A model generated the notes under the pieces. It worked only from the letters and a program-made list of their open reading frames with translations. It ran no database searches and was not told the origin of the DNA. A stretch of 64,000 nt of DNA from the NCBI GenBank assembly GCA_028023455.1, contig JAQFVV010000004.1, positions 23,002,001 through 23,066,000 of the forward strand, in the 5' to 3' direction. Shown piece after piece: positions 12,515 to 24,467 of this stretch. Numbering within the stretch: the first letter of the stretch is position 1; each line of letters starts with the position of its first letter. The stretch comes from Epiperipatus broadwayi. Its lineage: Eukaryota; Animalia; Onychophora. A program made the position numbers and the translations under genes.

Positions 12515-14835
12515 TATATAAAAGCTCTTTTTGACAAATATTGATTTTTGCCCTTTTCAATATAATGGGAACTATTTTACACTTTATGTGATGAGATGCA
12601 CTGTGACTTCTCCTTATACGGAGTCAGGAATCTCTCAGCAACTATGCCCAGAGAAACCTGTTAGCTACTTTACCTTCCCTTTCCATTCTCCACTCTAAGT
12701 TTTCCCATAATATGCTCCATCCCATTTCCACAACATAATCTTTGTCAACTTCATGGCCTTCATATCTAAATCCCCCTTATCTTTTCCCAAATCCAGCATA
12801 AAAACCAATAACTCACTTTCTGTATAATCACTTTGTTCATATTTATTCTACCATAACTTCATTATTTGTACTCTTTCTGCTTCCAAGCATTTACATTGAA
12901 GTAACAGATGCCTAATATTTTCTATGTCTTCCTTACATAACTTGCAGACTAAATCATCTATATTTTTCCGTGTACAGTATATTCCCTTGTCGCTAAAGAT
13001 CCGGTCTGAGCCTTAAACAATAAACTACTTTCCTTACTATTACAATAAATTAACTCACACCCAATGTTCTGTTTACTTTTATATATATTTAAACTCGTTT
13101 TACTCTCCATACTAGTTCTCCATCTCTCCAATTCTCTATTCTTTATTAATACATCTATTCTTCTATCCCACTGCTTACCACTATATAACATTCAACAATT
13201 CTCCTAACACAATCATCCCACCTTTTGTATAAGTATACTGACATAAATTCTTTATCCGAATCTTCTGCATACCACATTACCTTTCTCACCCATCTTGTTG
13301 CCTCCCCTTTATTTGTAACCCAATTAAATACTATTTTGGCTATTCTTTTATTATCCATAAACTGCAATCTACCAAACATTTTCATTTTGCTTTTTGCATC
13401 TCTCATATAAAAACATGAACATCCCATTTTTCCTTGAATTACCTCCTTTGCTGTCCACACCTCTGCATCTAATGCATGTCTTCCTACTTCCCTTTATACT
13501 TTTTCTAAGTAATCTCAATACCCCTTTACTAACACATAATGCATCACTGCCATATGTTAACTCTGCTACTGTCACTCTCTCCCATAAAATTCTAGCTATA
13601 TCATATTTATTATATGAAAACATTGTTAATTTCTTTATCAATCCCTTTCTTTTCTTTGCTTCATTTATCAATTTTTTCTCCCATTCATCCAAGCAATTTT
13701 TCTGATTACTCAAGATGATTCTCAAATAACTATATCTATTTACCACACTTAATTTTATATCCCCCAATAAGAAATCTTTGTCTCCTTCCCCAGTATTCAC
13801 CAACATTATATTTGATTTTTCTTCACTACATTTAATCCCCATATCTTTACCCACACTTGCGCATGTCCTCAGCATAACTTCCATATCTTCTCTTCTTTCT
13901 GCACTCAAAAAGACCTCATCTGGAAAAAAGACCCGACAATGTATATATTCCCTTGCCACCTATTAACGGTAACTCTATCCCTCTTCCTAGTCTTTCTATT
14001 GCTCTCTCCATTTCACTCAAATACAACAAAAACAAAATAGGTGACACAGGGCATCCTTATCTTAGTCTCACCCCATTTTTAACTAACTGATTCTATATCC
14101 CCTAATTGATATGTATAGCAATTATTTTCATATAATTTCTTAATAACATCCATTAAAGCTTCATCCATTCCCAAATTTGCTAAACTTATCCATAATCTAT
14201 TTCTATTTACTCTATCATATGCCTTCTCTATATTTATAAAACTCAAATATAACTGTCTACCTGAATTCCTACTCATATCCATAAGTTGTGTAACTACAAA
14301 TAAACTATCTCCTATATGCCTATCTGACCTAAAATCTCCTTGCATTTCCCCCACTACATTATTTTCTTCCATCCATTCTGCCACTCTTCCAACCACCATA
14401 TATGAAAATTTTTTATATAAAACTGATGTTACCGCTATCGGTCTATAATTGTTTAACTTTCTATGATCCTTACCCTTTCCTTTAAATAATAATCTTACTC
14501 TCGTATTACTCCAACTACCCGAAAAAACTCTCTTCTGTGCTATCTTATTAAAACATGATAATAGCTTTACTTTTACCCTACACCCTAAATTCATTACCAC
14601 CTCTGCTGCCCATCCATCTAAACCTCTTGCCTTACCACTTCTCAATTTCTTCCCTGTCTCATTCAGTTCATTTTCTGTAAACCTAATATTCCCATTACTA
14701 TATGCTTTCATATTTTCTATCCCTCTGTCCTTCACATCTAACATCTTTTCTATATCCATTACATACCTATTCAAGATTCTCTCTAATTCTTCTCTAGAAC
14801 TACACTCCATTGCATACATAGCGACATCTATCTCT
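12515..14835 (-). mobile_element. 5'-truncated non-LTR retrotransposon (RT plus C-terminal CCHC finger), copy A
   Basis: ORF-track peptides show KLRSGKARGLDG, NYRPIAVTSVLYK, QGDFRSDR, FINIEKAYDRV, a degenerate FADD (FFPDE) and YSYLRIIL. The 3' end has CKLCKEDIENIRHLLLQC. It is frameshifted and stop-interrupted; clade not assignable by eye. Confidence 0.92.
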
Positions 14836-15271
14836 ATTATATAAAATTAATTAAAATCTATTATAACAATATTATAGAAATACAGGCAACTAATTAGATA
14901 AAAGAGCAAAAGAACATAATGCAATTAATAGAAGAGATGATAAATCTGCCTTATATATTCATTATTTAAAATACAGACAGAAAATCCGATTGTGTAAAAA
15001 ATGTAAAACTGTTAAACTATATTAAAAAGCCTAATTAGAAGAAAGATATATAAATCCAATTACATTAATTACTACAAATATAATTGTATAAATATATATA
15101 AAACATCAATTAATTTAATTAACGCTTGGCTAATGATAAATGAATGGAAAATTATATAGTATACATTTATAAAGGTTTTTTTTCTTCCTCGTACATATTG
15201 TATTATTGTTAATTTTATATAAATGAGATAGATATCACTATGCAGATTTAAATTGTAAAATCAGAAAAATT

Positions 15272-16400
15272 GCTTGGATGAATGGGAGAAAAAATTGATA
15301 AATGAAGCAAAGAAAAGAAAGGGACTGATAAGGAAATTAACAGTTTTCATATAATAAATATGATGTAGCTAGAATTGTATGGAAGGAAGTGGCAGTAGCA
15401 GGGTTAACATATAGTAATGATGCATGCATTATGTGTTAGTAAAGGGGTGTTAGATTACTTAGAAAAAGTACAAACAGAAGTAAGAAGACATGCATTAGAT
15501 GCAGATGTATGGAGAGCAAAGGAAGCAATTCAAGGAGAAATGGGACGGTCAAATTTTTATATAAGAGATGCAAAAAGCAAAATGAAAATATTAAGTAGAT
15601 TGCAATTTATGGAGAATAAGAGAATAGCCAAAAAAATTGAGTTGTGAGTAAAGGGCAGACAATAAGATGGGTGAGAAAGGTAGTACAATATGCAGATTTA
15701 GATAAAGAATTTATGTCAGTATACTAATACAGAAAGTGGGATGATAGTGTTAGGAGAATTGTTGAGTGTCATAGTGGCAAGGAGTGGCATAGAAGAATAG
15801 ATGCATTAATAAAAAATAGGGAGTTGGAGAAATGGAAAACTAGTAGGGAGAGTAAAAAGAGTTTAAATATATATAGAAATAAACAGAATATTTAGTGCAA
15901 GTTAATTTAAGATAATAGCAAGGAAAGTAGCTTACTGTTTAAGGCTCGAACAGGATCTTTAGCAACAAAAATGTGGGTGATTTCATCTGCAAATTGTGTA
16001 AGGAAGGCATAGAAAATATTAGGCATTTGTTAATTAATGTAAATGCCTGCAAGCAGAAAGAGTACAAATAATGAAGTTGTGGAAGAATAAATATAAATAA
16101 CGTGATTATACAGAAAGTGGGTTCATGGGTTTGGGAAAAGAGGGATTTAGATATAAAGGTCATGGAATTGACAAAGATTATATTGTGGAAATGGGCTGGA
16201 GCAGGATAGAGAAGAATATGAGAAAAACTTAAGGCGGGGATTGAAAAGGGAAGGTAAAATGGCTAACAGATTTCTCTGGGCATAGTGTCTGAGAGATTCC
16301 TGACTCTGAATAAGGAGGTCACAGTGCATCACATTGCAAAATAGTTCCACCACATTGGAAAGAGCAAAAATCAATATTTGCCAAAAAGAGCTTTTATGTA
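15272..16400 (+). mobile_element. second, shorter copy (B) of the same LINE family, inverted relative to copy A
   Basis: GGATGAATGGGAGAAAAAATTGATAAATGAAGC... matches the reverse complement of about 12515-13690, including the same 3' terminus (aaaagagctttta) followed by a TAT-rich tail. Confidence 0.9.
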
Positions 16401-17041
16401 TTATTATTGCTATTATATATATATACAATTACTGCTGTTATATAAAGATATTTTATTTTATATTACATATAATTTATTTAAATATATGAAAAAGCAACAT
16501 AATGGATTAAACTTCTTTCCATTTTCGATGAATTGTAAGTATATATTTTTTTCCATATATATTAATTTTTTTATAATAGAACTCTGATTAATTACTTTAT
16601 GTAATAACAAAAACTTAAATTTATTACAATTGGTTGTCTATTAAAAAATGTTTTTAATGTAAATTTTTTTTACATTTTAAATTCTAAACTTATCATGCTG
16701 AATAAAAAAATAAACTTAAGATGACAAATATATTTAAAATGAACACAAATAAATTGATGATTCTAGTAAAAATGATATATAATTGTAATGATTTTAGTAG
16801 TGTTTAGTGTGATTTTGAATTAGAAAAAAAAAAAAAATTAAAAAAGAGATGCTGAATAAATGGAATAATTGGATTTTTTTAGTTAATTATAAAATACAGA
16901 AAAATTAAAAATCTAATCAAAATATAAAAGTATGCTTATTTTGCTTAATCTAAAATATCAAATCACTGGAGGATGGTAAATTCATGCAATAAAATAAATA
17001 GATATTGGAAAGAGGGGTTGGGAAAATGAAACAATACTTAC

Positions 17042-17056
17042 CGCGATGGAACTTTT
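17042..17056 (-). CDS. RBM39: 15-nt microexon AAAAGTTCCATCGCG (I-K-V-P-S-R)
   Basis: tatttatttctcttgcatcactag|15 nt|gtaagtatt; frame-preserving, phase 2-2. GLDKIKVPSR resembles the remembered human RBM39 GLPHSIKLSR. Confidence 0.7.
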
Positions 17057-17764
17057 CTAGTGATGCAAGAGAAATAAATAGGTATCACCAATTATTAAAA
17101 AATTGCCTTAATACTAGCACATTAATAAAATTTACTATTATAATACAAGAGACAAATTCTCAAATTTTATATATATCAACTTAAAAATGTCTATGCACTG
17201 AAAATCTCATAATTAGACAAAATCTAAATTCCATAGAATATAAATAAATAAAGCTGATCAGATATAAATAAATATACAATTTTTTTTTAAAAAACCTGCT
17301 GTGATAATATACTCTGAGCTCCCTAATAGAATATAATATGAAGCTGAGAGCATTTATATACAGTATATATATAAACATATAAAATTTCAAAAGAATATAT
17401 CACTTCAAACCATTCTTATATTTCCTCCTAGTTTTTTTAAATCATTTATTAGCCTTATATATATTATCTTTTTAAGTTATCTGAAAAGCATTTAAAAAAA
17501 AAAAAAAATCAGACTTTGGCAGATATTTTTAATGCTTAAAAATTCATTTTATTTTCTTTAAATTTATTATCTCAAGATATGAATATTCCAATATTAATGA
17601 ACAAAAATCTCAAAAATAAATTCATCTTAATACATAATATCAATTTTTGGAATTGATAAGCTAGCATTAACTATAAAAGTTAATAAACATTTTAACATGT
17701 TAAATTAGTGAACTTAACAAAATAAGCTATATATAAATATGAGCACTTGGTAAAAGCTTGTTAC

Positions 17765-17810
17765 CTTCATTTAATGTGTGAAGCAGTAACAAATCTTATG
17801 CATTTCTTAA
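17765..17810 (-). other. candidate 46-nt poison cassette exon inside an RNA stem-loop
   Basis: gcacttgcatgtgttag|TTAAGAAATG...AAATGAAG|gtaacaag; spliced after 18589 it reads AT|T TAA, an immediate stop. Confidence 0.45.
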
Positions 17811-18588
17811 CTAACACATGCAAGTGCTTTGGTTCCCTAAAAGAGTAAATAAAGTTTTTTTTATGTAAAAAAGCATCAATCATAGAAAACGCCTTTTTAT
17901 TTCTTTGTCATTTACTAAACATATTTTATTCTTCAATAATCCAGCATATTCCTTCAAGATTCTTTTAATTATTCACAATGACATAAGCAAGTTCACAATG
18001 TTTTTTAAAGAAAAACTGAATTTATGGTTTAATGCAGACAAAAACAAAAAATTTTATTTGAAGCTCATTATGCTTCTTCTAAATAAATATCAATGACACT
18101 TATTTAGAAATTTTTGACTTACATTTTACAATCAATTAATTTTTTCCTGACAATTATTTATTTACTCTGCTAACTTATTCTTAGATGATTTTTATATAAG
18201 AAGATAAATCCAAATGTCTAAATAAACATAAACAATGATGCATAGAAGAAAGATTAGAACTTGACAAGAAGTGAAATTTTACTATGTAAAAGAATAAACA
18301 TTTTAATAGCAATTTTCTTCCATTTGATTATGAAAACAATGATACATTTATATTTATTCTAACAACAAGTATGCTTTTCGGTTCATGTTATTTAAAGTCA
18401 TTTTTAAAAAAACAAAACTGTTAGGGATTCTGCCCCCACCTATTTATTTTGAAAAAAATAAGAGGAAAATATTTATTTTCAAAATTTTACAATGTAGGTG
18501 AAAATATATATATATACATACATATAAAAGATTTAATTAAAATTTCCTTACAATTAATATCACATCTTTAAAATATATAAACACTTAC

Positions 18589-18807
18589 ATTTTATCCAGG
18601 CCTCTATCTCTATCTCTTTCTCTATCTCTCATGTAATCTCTCCTGTCTCTATCTCTGTCTCTTTTTGGTGATAAAGTCCGAGAACGACGCTCTCGATCTC
18701 TTTCCCGACTACGAGGTCGTTCGCGTTCTCTATCGCGTTCTCGACTTCGTTGCCGTTCTCTTTCTCGATCTCGTTCTCTTTCTCGATCTCTATCACGGCC
18801 ACGGCTC
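18589..18807 (-). CDS. RBM39: 219-nt RS/RD/RE-rich exon RSRGRDRDRERERDRERERQRSRERDRERERPRSRERDRERRSRTLSPKRDRDRDRRDYMRDRERDRDRGLDK
   Basis: attttaatag|GAGCCGT...GATAAAAT|gtaagtg; phase 2-2; corresponds to ORF-track entry 18585..18842. Confidence 0.93.
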
Positions 18808-18894
18808 CTATTAAAATTATATTTACATAAACCAAAATTCAAAGTGTATTTATATGTAAATATAAAAATATTTTTTGATCTTTTAATAGCTTAC

Positions 18895-18999
18895 CTACGC
18901 CGCTCTCTACTTCTATCTCTACGTGGGCTTCTGCTTCTACCTCGACTGCGACTTCTTCTGGGACTTCTGCTATGACTTCGTTTCTTTTTTTTGTTACGA
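18895..18999 (-). CDS. RBM39: 105-nt RS-domain exon (S)RNKKKKRSHSRSPRRSRSRGRSRSPRRDRSRERR
   Basis: aaaatttatctag| acceptor and |gtaagc donor; open RS-dipeptide frame, phase 2-2, 35 codons; 87-nt intron to the next exon. Confidence 0.92.
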
Positions 19000-21049
19000 C
19001 TAGATAAATTTTAAAAAATTTAAAAACAAATATTTAAGAAAGAGAGCAAAAAAAAAAAAACAATAATTATTTCTCAGTAAATATTTATTCAAATTTATTT
19101 AATTGCAAAAAGACTTTTTTTTTTCAGTTCTTAAAATAACTAATATCTAAAATGAGCCAAAATACTTTGTAACTATTAATCATGATTTGACAATAGCATT
19201 AAGGAAATTAGTAAAAAAAAAATTCATTACAAAAAATAACATAAACAGAGATAACCGAGAGATTTAAAGATTAAGATTTGGAAAAGTTGAAAAAAATTAT
19301 CTATTGAAAAATTAAGACAAAAAGGATTGAGCTGGTGTGGAGAGATTGGGATATTATAAAAGATATTTTTAAAAAATTATGCTAAATTAAAGAGAAGTAG
19401 AGTATTTGAACAAATAAAAAATTAAATAATTTGAGAAATCACAAAGTTTATCCAATAATAAATAAAAAGTCATTTAGAAAATCTTTTTCAAAAAATAGTT
19501 AACAATATAAATAATATTTGAGACAATTCATTTTTGCTCATTTACCACAATTAAGAGAATAATACAAATTATTTAACACACAATTTATTCCTTTTGTTAT
19601 AATAATAAATGAAGTTATGAAAGCCAATTAATTTACAAATTCTTATTAATATTCAATTAATGTTTTAATTTAATCTGATATGTATTATCTATATGATGAA
19701 AATCCTTATGAACATACAAAACCCATAATGATAATAAACCATTCCTTTTTTGGGTATAGGAAGGTGTAAACCTATAATTTTTTTTTTTTTTTTTAAATTT
19801 TTTTTTTTTTATTTCTTTTAATAGGATAAAAAAAAAAAAAAAAAAAAAAAAAAAGGGGAAAAAAAAAACCATTAACTACTACAATTAATTACAAAATATA
19901 GTCTTTTTATTACAAAGACCAAAAAATTGGTATACAATAAGTAATATATATGTTTTGCCAAATGAAGAACATATAAAAAAATGTCATGTGCTGATCCGTG
20001 ATACCACGAAAAAAGAAATGGAGTAATTTGTAAGATAATTTTTTAGTCAAGAAATAGCAAAAATTTATATATTTCAAATTTTCCTTGCATAAAATATTAA
20101 CTTTATTTCCACTATAATCAAAAATAAAATGAGCAAGCAACACAATTTTTTTGGGGAGCTCATATCATGAAAAAAAAAAACAATAACTACAAATTATTAT
20201 ATTTAAAAATTTGTTAAATAATACTAATTTTGTTCATAATTTTAAAAAAGGATTAATGAGGTAATAAATTGTGATGTAATATATAATAATTTGTTTTTGG
20301 TTAATTATGTGACAAAAAAAAAATTATGTAGTTATTAATTTGAATTTAAAATATGGCTGCAATATCTTTAATAAATTCTCTAATTCATTAAACAGTTTTA
20401 ATTGTACAAGTCTTCCCTCAAAGTTGTAAATATACAATACATATATATGTATTTCAATATTATTATAAATATTTACATTTATTTAATTCAAGCGCGGTTT
20501 TTATATTAATTTTATCATTTTAATTATGCTAAACACTTTAATTATACTTATTTAAATTTAATTCTTTTTTTTTTTAAGGTCTTGCATATAACTACATAGG
20601 CATACTCTCAATATATTTTTAAAATTATTGCAATAACTATCATTAAATTGTTTTTCACATCAAATAAATTACATAACAGTATATATATATATACACCCAA
20701 AATTATATTATTTCATTTGAATTACTTAGGTATACTTTCTTTTTACTTATTACTCCCCTTTAGTAATTTTTTGTAACAATATTTGTATTTATTGTTGATA
20801 TGAAAAAGAATATAATGAGTTATAGTAATAATTTTATGATAAACATAAGAATGTATATATATAAGTATAAAGATATAAATTATAACGGTCTTAAAAAAGA
20901 ATTAAATTTAAAATTATATAAAAATTAATATAATTACATTTGCGCTGAATAATTTTAATATTTTTAAATACACAATTGTTACAATATACTATATATAAAA
21001 ATATTTATAAATAATTTATAATAATTATATGTATTGAATATTTAGAGCT

Positions 21050-21500
21050 CAAAAAAAGACTGTTGTTCAGTAGAAACAGAGTTAGATTGGAAAGAATTCA
21101 ATGAAAAATTGCATAAGGAAGTGTTTAAACATTATTGCTATCTACAAAGAATTAGGACACCAAATGCAGAAGATAATAAAAAAAAAGGAGAAATAGTTTT
21201 ATTTTTAACAATTATATAAACATTTGAAAATATGTGTTGTCACATTAATCCAAAAAAAAAAAGAAATATGTTGAAAATAATGAAGTCTGCCCAATAAAAA
21301 GCTGGGTCATTCCAGTAAAGAAAATAAATACCAAGAATGTAGTTCTCTGACAATTTTAAGGCGTCATTTAAAAATATTAGTTATTTAGATAATTAATTAA
21401 ATGGCCATTTAATATCAAAAAAGATATTTTGCAAGTAGTTTTTGTGACAATTTAGAGACCAATTAATAGACAAATTAAAGGCATTACTAAGAATATTTTG
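21050..21500 (+). mobile_element. decayed LINE RT fragment
   Basis: Residual ...RTPNAEDN.KKGE..., like the IP..W..A....KKGD RT N-terminal motif; very degenerate. Confidence 0.35.
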
Positions 21501-24159
21501 TAGAATAATTACCATAAAATAATTATTTAAAATTTAATATATACGTAAACAATTAAAGGAAATGATAAGGATGATTCAGGTTTTAAAAAAAACAACTTAT
21601 TTTATTTAAATCTGTAAACTTGTCAACAAATTGTCCAGTTATATTTGAATTCAATTACTATATTATTCCTTATTCTTTCTCAACATTTTTCTACTATTTA
21701 TTTCAACACACAATTTGCTGCTCGATTTATGTGTTTTCTGTTATACTGCAAAATTATGGAACTCTGTATAAATAAAGCTAAAATCTATAAAACAGAATAA
21801 AAGAAATATATATTATAGAATTTATATTTTTACAATCTTTTGTGAGCTATTTCAAATATATCTTATCTTTTATTTTTCTCATACAATTTTAATCAATAAT
21901 GCACTAATTAACGACTAAATAATAAAAAAAATTATCATCTTAGTTCTAAATATAGTTGTGTATATAATAAATCAAAACATTGCCATTAACTATTATTTTC
22001 AATATAGCTACGCATAAATAAATAACAGCTATAGCTAGCTTATGATATGGCTGCCATTTCCAATAGCACTTTTAATTTATTATTGAATCACCAATTATAA
22101 ATAAATATTTTGTTGCTCAATTAAATAAAATTGATAACTTAAAATGAAATTCTAAATCTGAGAACAATTTATACAGTATAAAATATCTTCATTTAAATTT
22201 ATGAAGAAAATAATAGGCTCAATTATAAGATATTTATGAAATCCCTATCAATTAGAGGATTTATACACTCCCTTGTCAAAAGTTCATATTATTCACAAAT
22301 TGAATGGATTTAGAACATTTATTTAAAAATAAAATATACTATGAATTTCAAAATTAATGAATATTAAACATACATTATAAAAAGATATTAGTTTATACAA
22401 AAAATAAAAAAGAATTGAAGGAAAAATATGGATTTCAATACTTTATATAAATAATACTGTGCATATGATTAAATCAATTGTTTCTTTACATTTTATATTG
22501 CATTTAATTTAATACTAAATTGGTTAACTATTAATGAAAAAGCTATTGATAAAATCAATTTGATTTACATTTGTGCACCTCTTTATGGATATACAATGTA
22601 AATCAAATTACACTATTGATTCAAAATATGCACTAAAAAAAAGAATATGGACTGTTATGCAAATATTTACATTATTCTGTAGATAGGTTTAAATCTATGT
22701 TTGCATAGCATTTAGTTATTTGCAATGGATGTTTTTGCTTTTACAATTTATATATATATATTTTTTGCATATGAAAAATAACTTGAGGGAAAAAAAAATA
22801 AAAAAAATATATTTTATAAATATGATAGATAATATATTAAATAAGCAATATACGAGTGTAAATACAAATAAATTATGGAAAGTTGCCATTCAAATTGGAA
22901 CACTAATATTGTGTGATTTTAATAAAATTAAATTTATAGAGAGAAAATAAAAGCTGGATTATCACAATAATGAGAATAAACATTAAGAATGTGGTATATT
23001 TAAAATACAAATTTTTATTTGTAGTCCTTTTTATTATTCTATCTGATATTACATATGAACTGAATTACTTTAATTTTATTTCATATTACAAAAATAATAA
23101 TTAAAAATTAAAATGAATAATGATAATAATAAGTAACTTTGGATTTTATTTTTATTCAGATTTTAAAGTTCTAAAAAAATATTTTAAGAGAAATATTTTT
23201 TTTAAATCTGGCATTTTATAATTTTGTTCAAAATATTAATTCTTACAATTTGAGTTTTTAAAAACATAAATCTAAATGTCTAAATAAGTGACTTACTTAT
23301 TCCTTAAAAATAATTTATTAAATATAAATTTAATTTAAATTCTACCAATTTCTTTTTTAGAAAAATATATCTTTTCAATTATTTTTGATTCAATATTTTT
23401 CAAACATAAATACTACATGGAGCTAGCAAAAAAAATATAGAAGTTTTTAAAACATCATACTGCCAATTATTTAGTGTATAAGATATCACACATTTTTCAT
23501 AATTTGACTTAAAACAAATTTTCTTAATAGAACAGAACTTTTAAATATGTGTGAGCAACTACTTTTGTTTACCTTTTATCTTCATTACTTAATTATATCC
23601 AAAATATTATTAATGTGATTCATATTAAATATTATTAGTTTCTTTCCACATTGGATATGTGCAGACATATTTAAAAAGATTAAATAAAAAAAAGGTTTTG
23701 CAAATTTTTTTGCTGTCTTTTCTTCCATTTCTTTTTTCAAATATTCCATCTCAGTGGTTATTATGTTGAATTGTAAGCTCTAATCTTGGCATTAAAACAA
23801 TTCTTTAACATAACATATAGTTTGAATAGTGAAATAATTTTAAAATGTTATTTTGAATTATCTAAATTACTATTTACAGTTATAATTATATTTTCAATCT
23901 TTAAGATATTTATAATTAATTGCAGTTTTAATGAGTACTCAATTTTGAATTTTACTATATCAATTTCTTTAATATTACTAATTTATATTTGCAATCTTTC
24001 AAAATGCCTTGCTCACTTGAAACTATTACAACTATATACTGCTTCAATTTATACTTTCTAAATTATTCTTAATGCTAAAATGATGTCTTATAATAAACTG
24101 AATACATTATTTTTTAATATATACTATTTATGCAGATTTGTACTGGAGATAATACTTAC

Positions 24160-24206
24160 CTTCTTGATTCTTTGTCTCCATTTTCAACAGCCTTGCTTGA
24201 TTCATC
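24160..24206 (-). CDS. RBM39: 47-nt coding exon of RS-domain splicing factor (RBM39/Caper-like), DESSKAVENGDKESR+AG
   Basis: Minus strand reads ...ttttgaccatcctag|GATGAATCA...TCAAGAAG|gtaagtat. It starts in phase 0, ends in phase 2 and joins in frame to 18999. It aligns without gaps to the remembered human RBM39 segment DENKLSSANGHEERSK (D, E, N-G and E at the same positions; same phases). Gene identity is inferred because no RRM is in the window. Confidence 0.8.
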
Positions 24207-24367
24207 CTAGGATGGTCAAAACAGCAAATGTGAAGATAGAGTATGGTCCAGAATCAGCAGGATTAAGGATTGAAGGGAAAGGGAATGGGGAAATAAAAAA
24301 AAAAGAAAAGAGAATAATAATATCATTAGTTAAATATAGCTATTATTTTAACCACTGACATACTTAC

Positions 24368-24467
24368 ATATTTGGTGATAAAAGTTGGGGTAGGATCAAA
24401 ATTTTCCAACCAATGCTTGTGCACAAATCAAACTGCTTTACTTCTTTATTTTAAACAAACAATATCC
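24368..24467 (-). other. candidate 100-nt poison exon immediately upstream of the 47-nt coding exon
   Basis: tattttttaaatgtag|GGATATTG...CCAAATAT|gtaagtat; the phase-0 reading GYCLFKIKK* stops and the length shifts frame; 161-nt intron to the coding exon. Confidence 0.45.

Noticed and set aside
13225-16428. Antisense ORF-track entries (13225, 13394, 13778, 15939, 16147)
   Set aside because: Antisense shadows of the LINE RT copies.
18629-18835. ORF-track peptide IEIEKENEIEKEN...
   Set aside because: Alternative frame of the RS exon; splice phases support the RS frame.
18589-24206. Identity as transformer, U2AF65, LUC7 or SCAF4 instead of RBM39
   Set aside because: Exon phases and the DE......NG..E and IK.SR matches favour RBM39, and no Tra/Tra2 repeat cluster was seen. 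Not fully excluded without the RRM exons.
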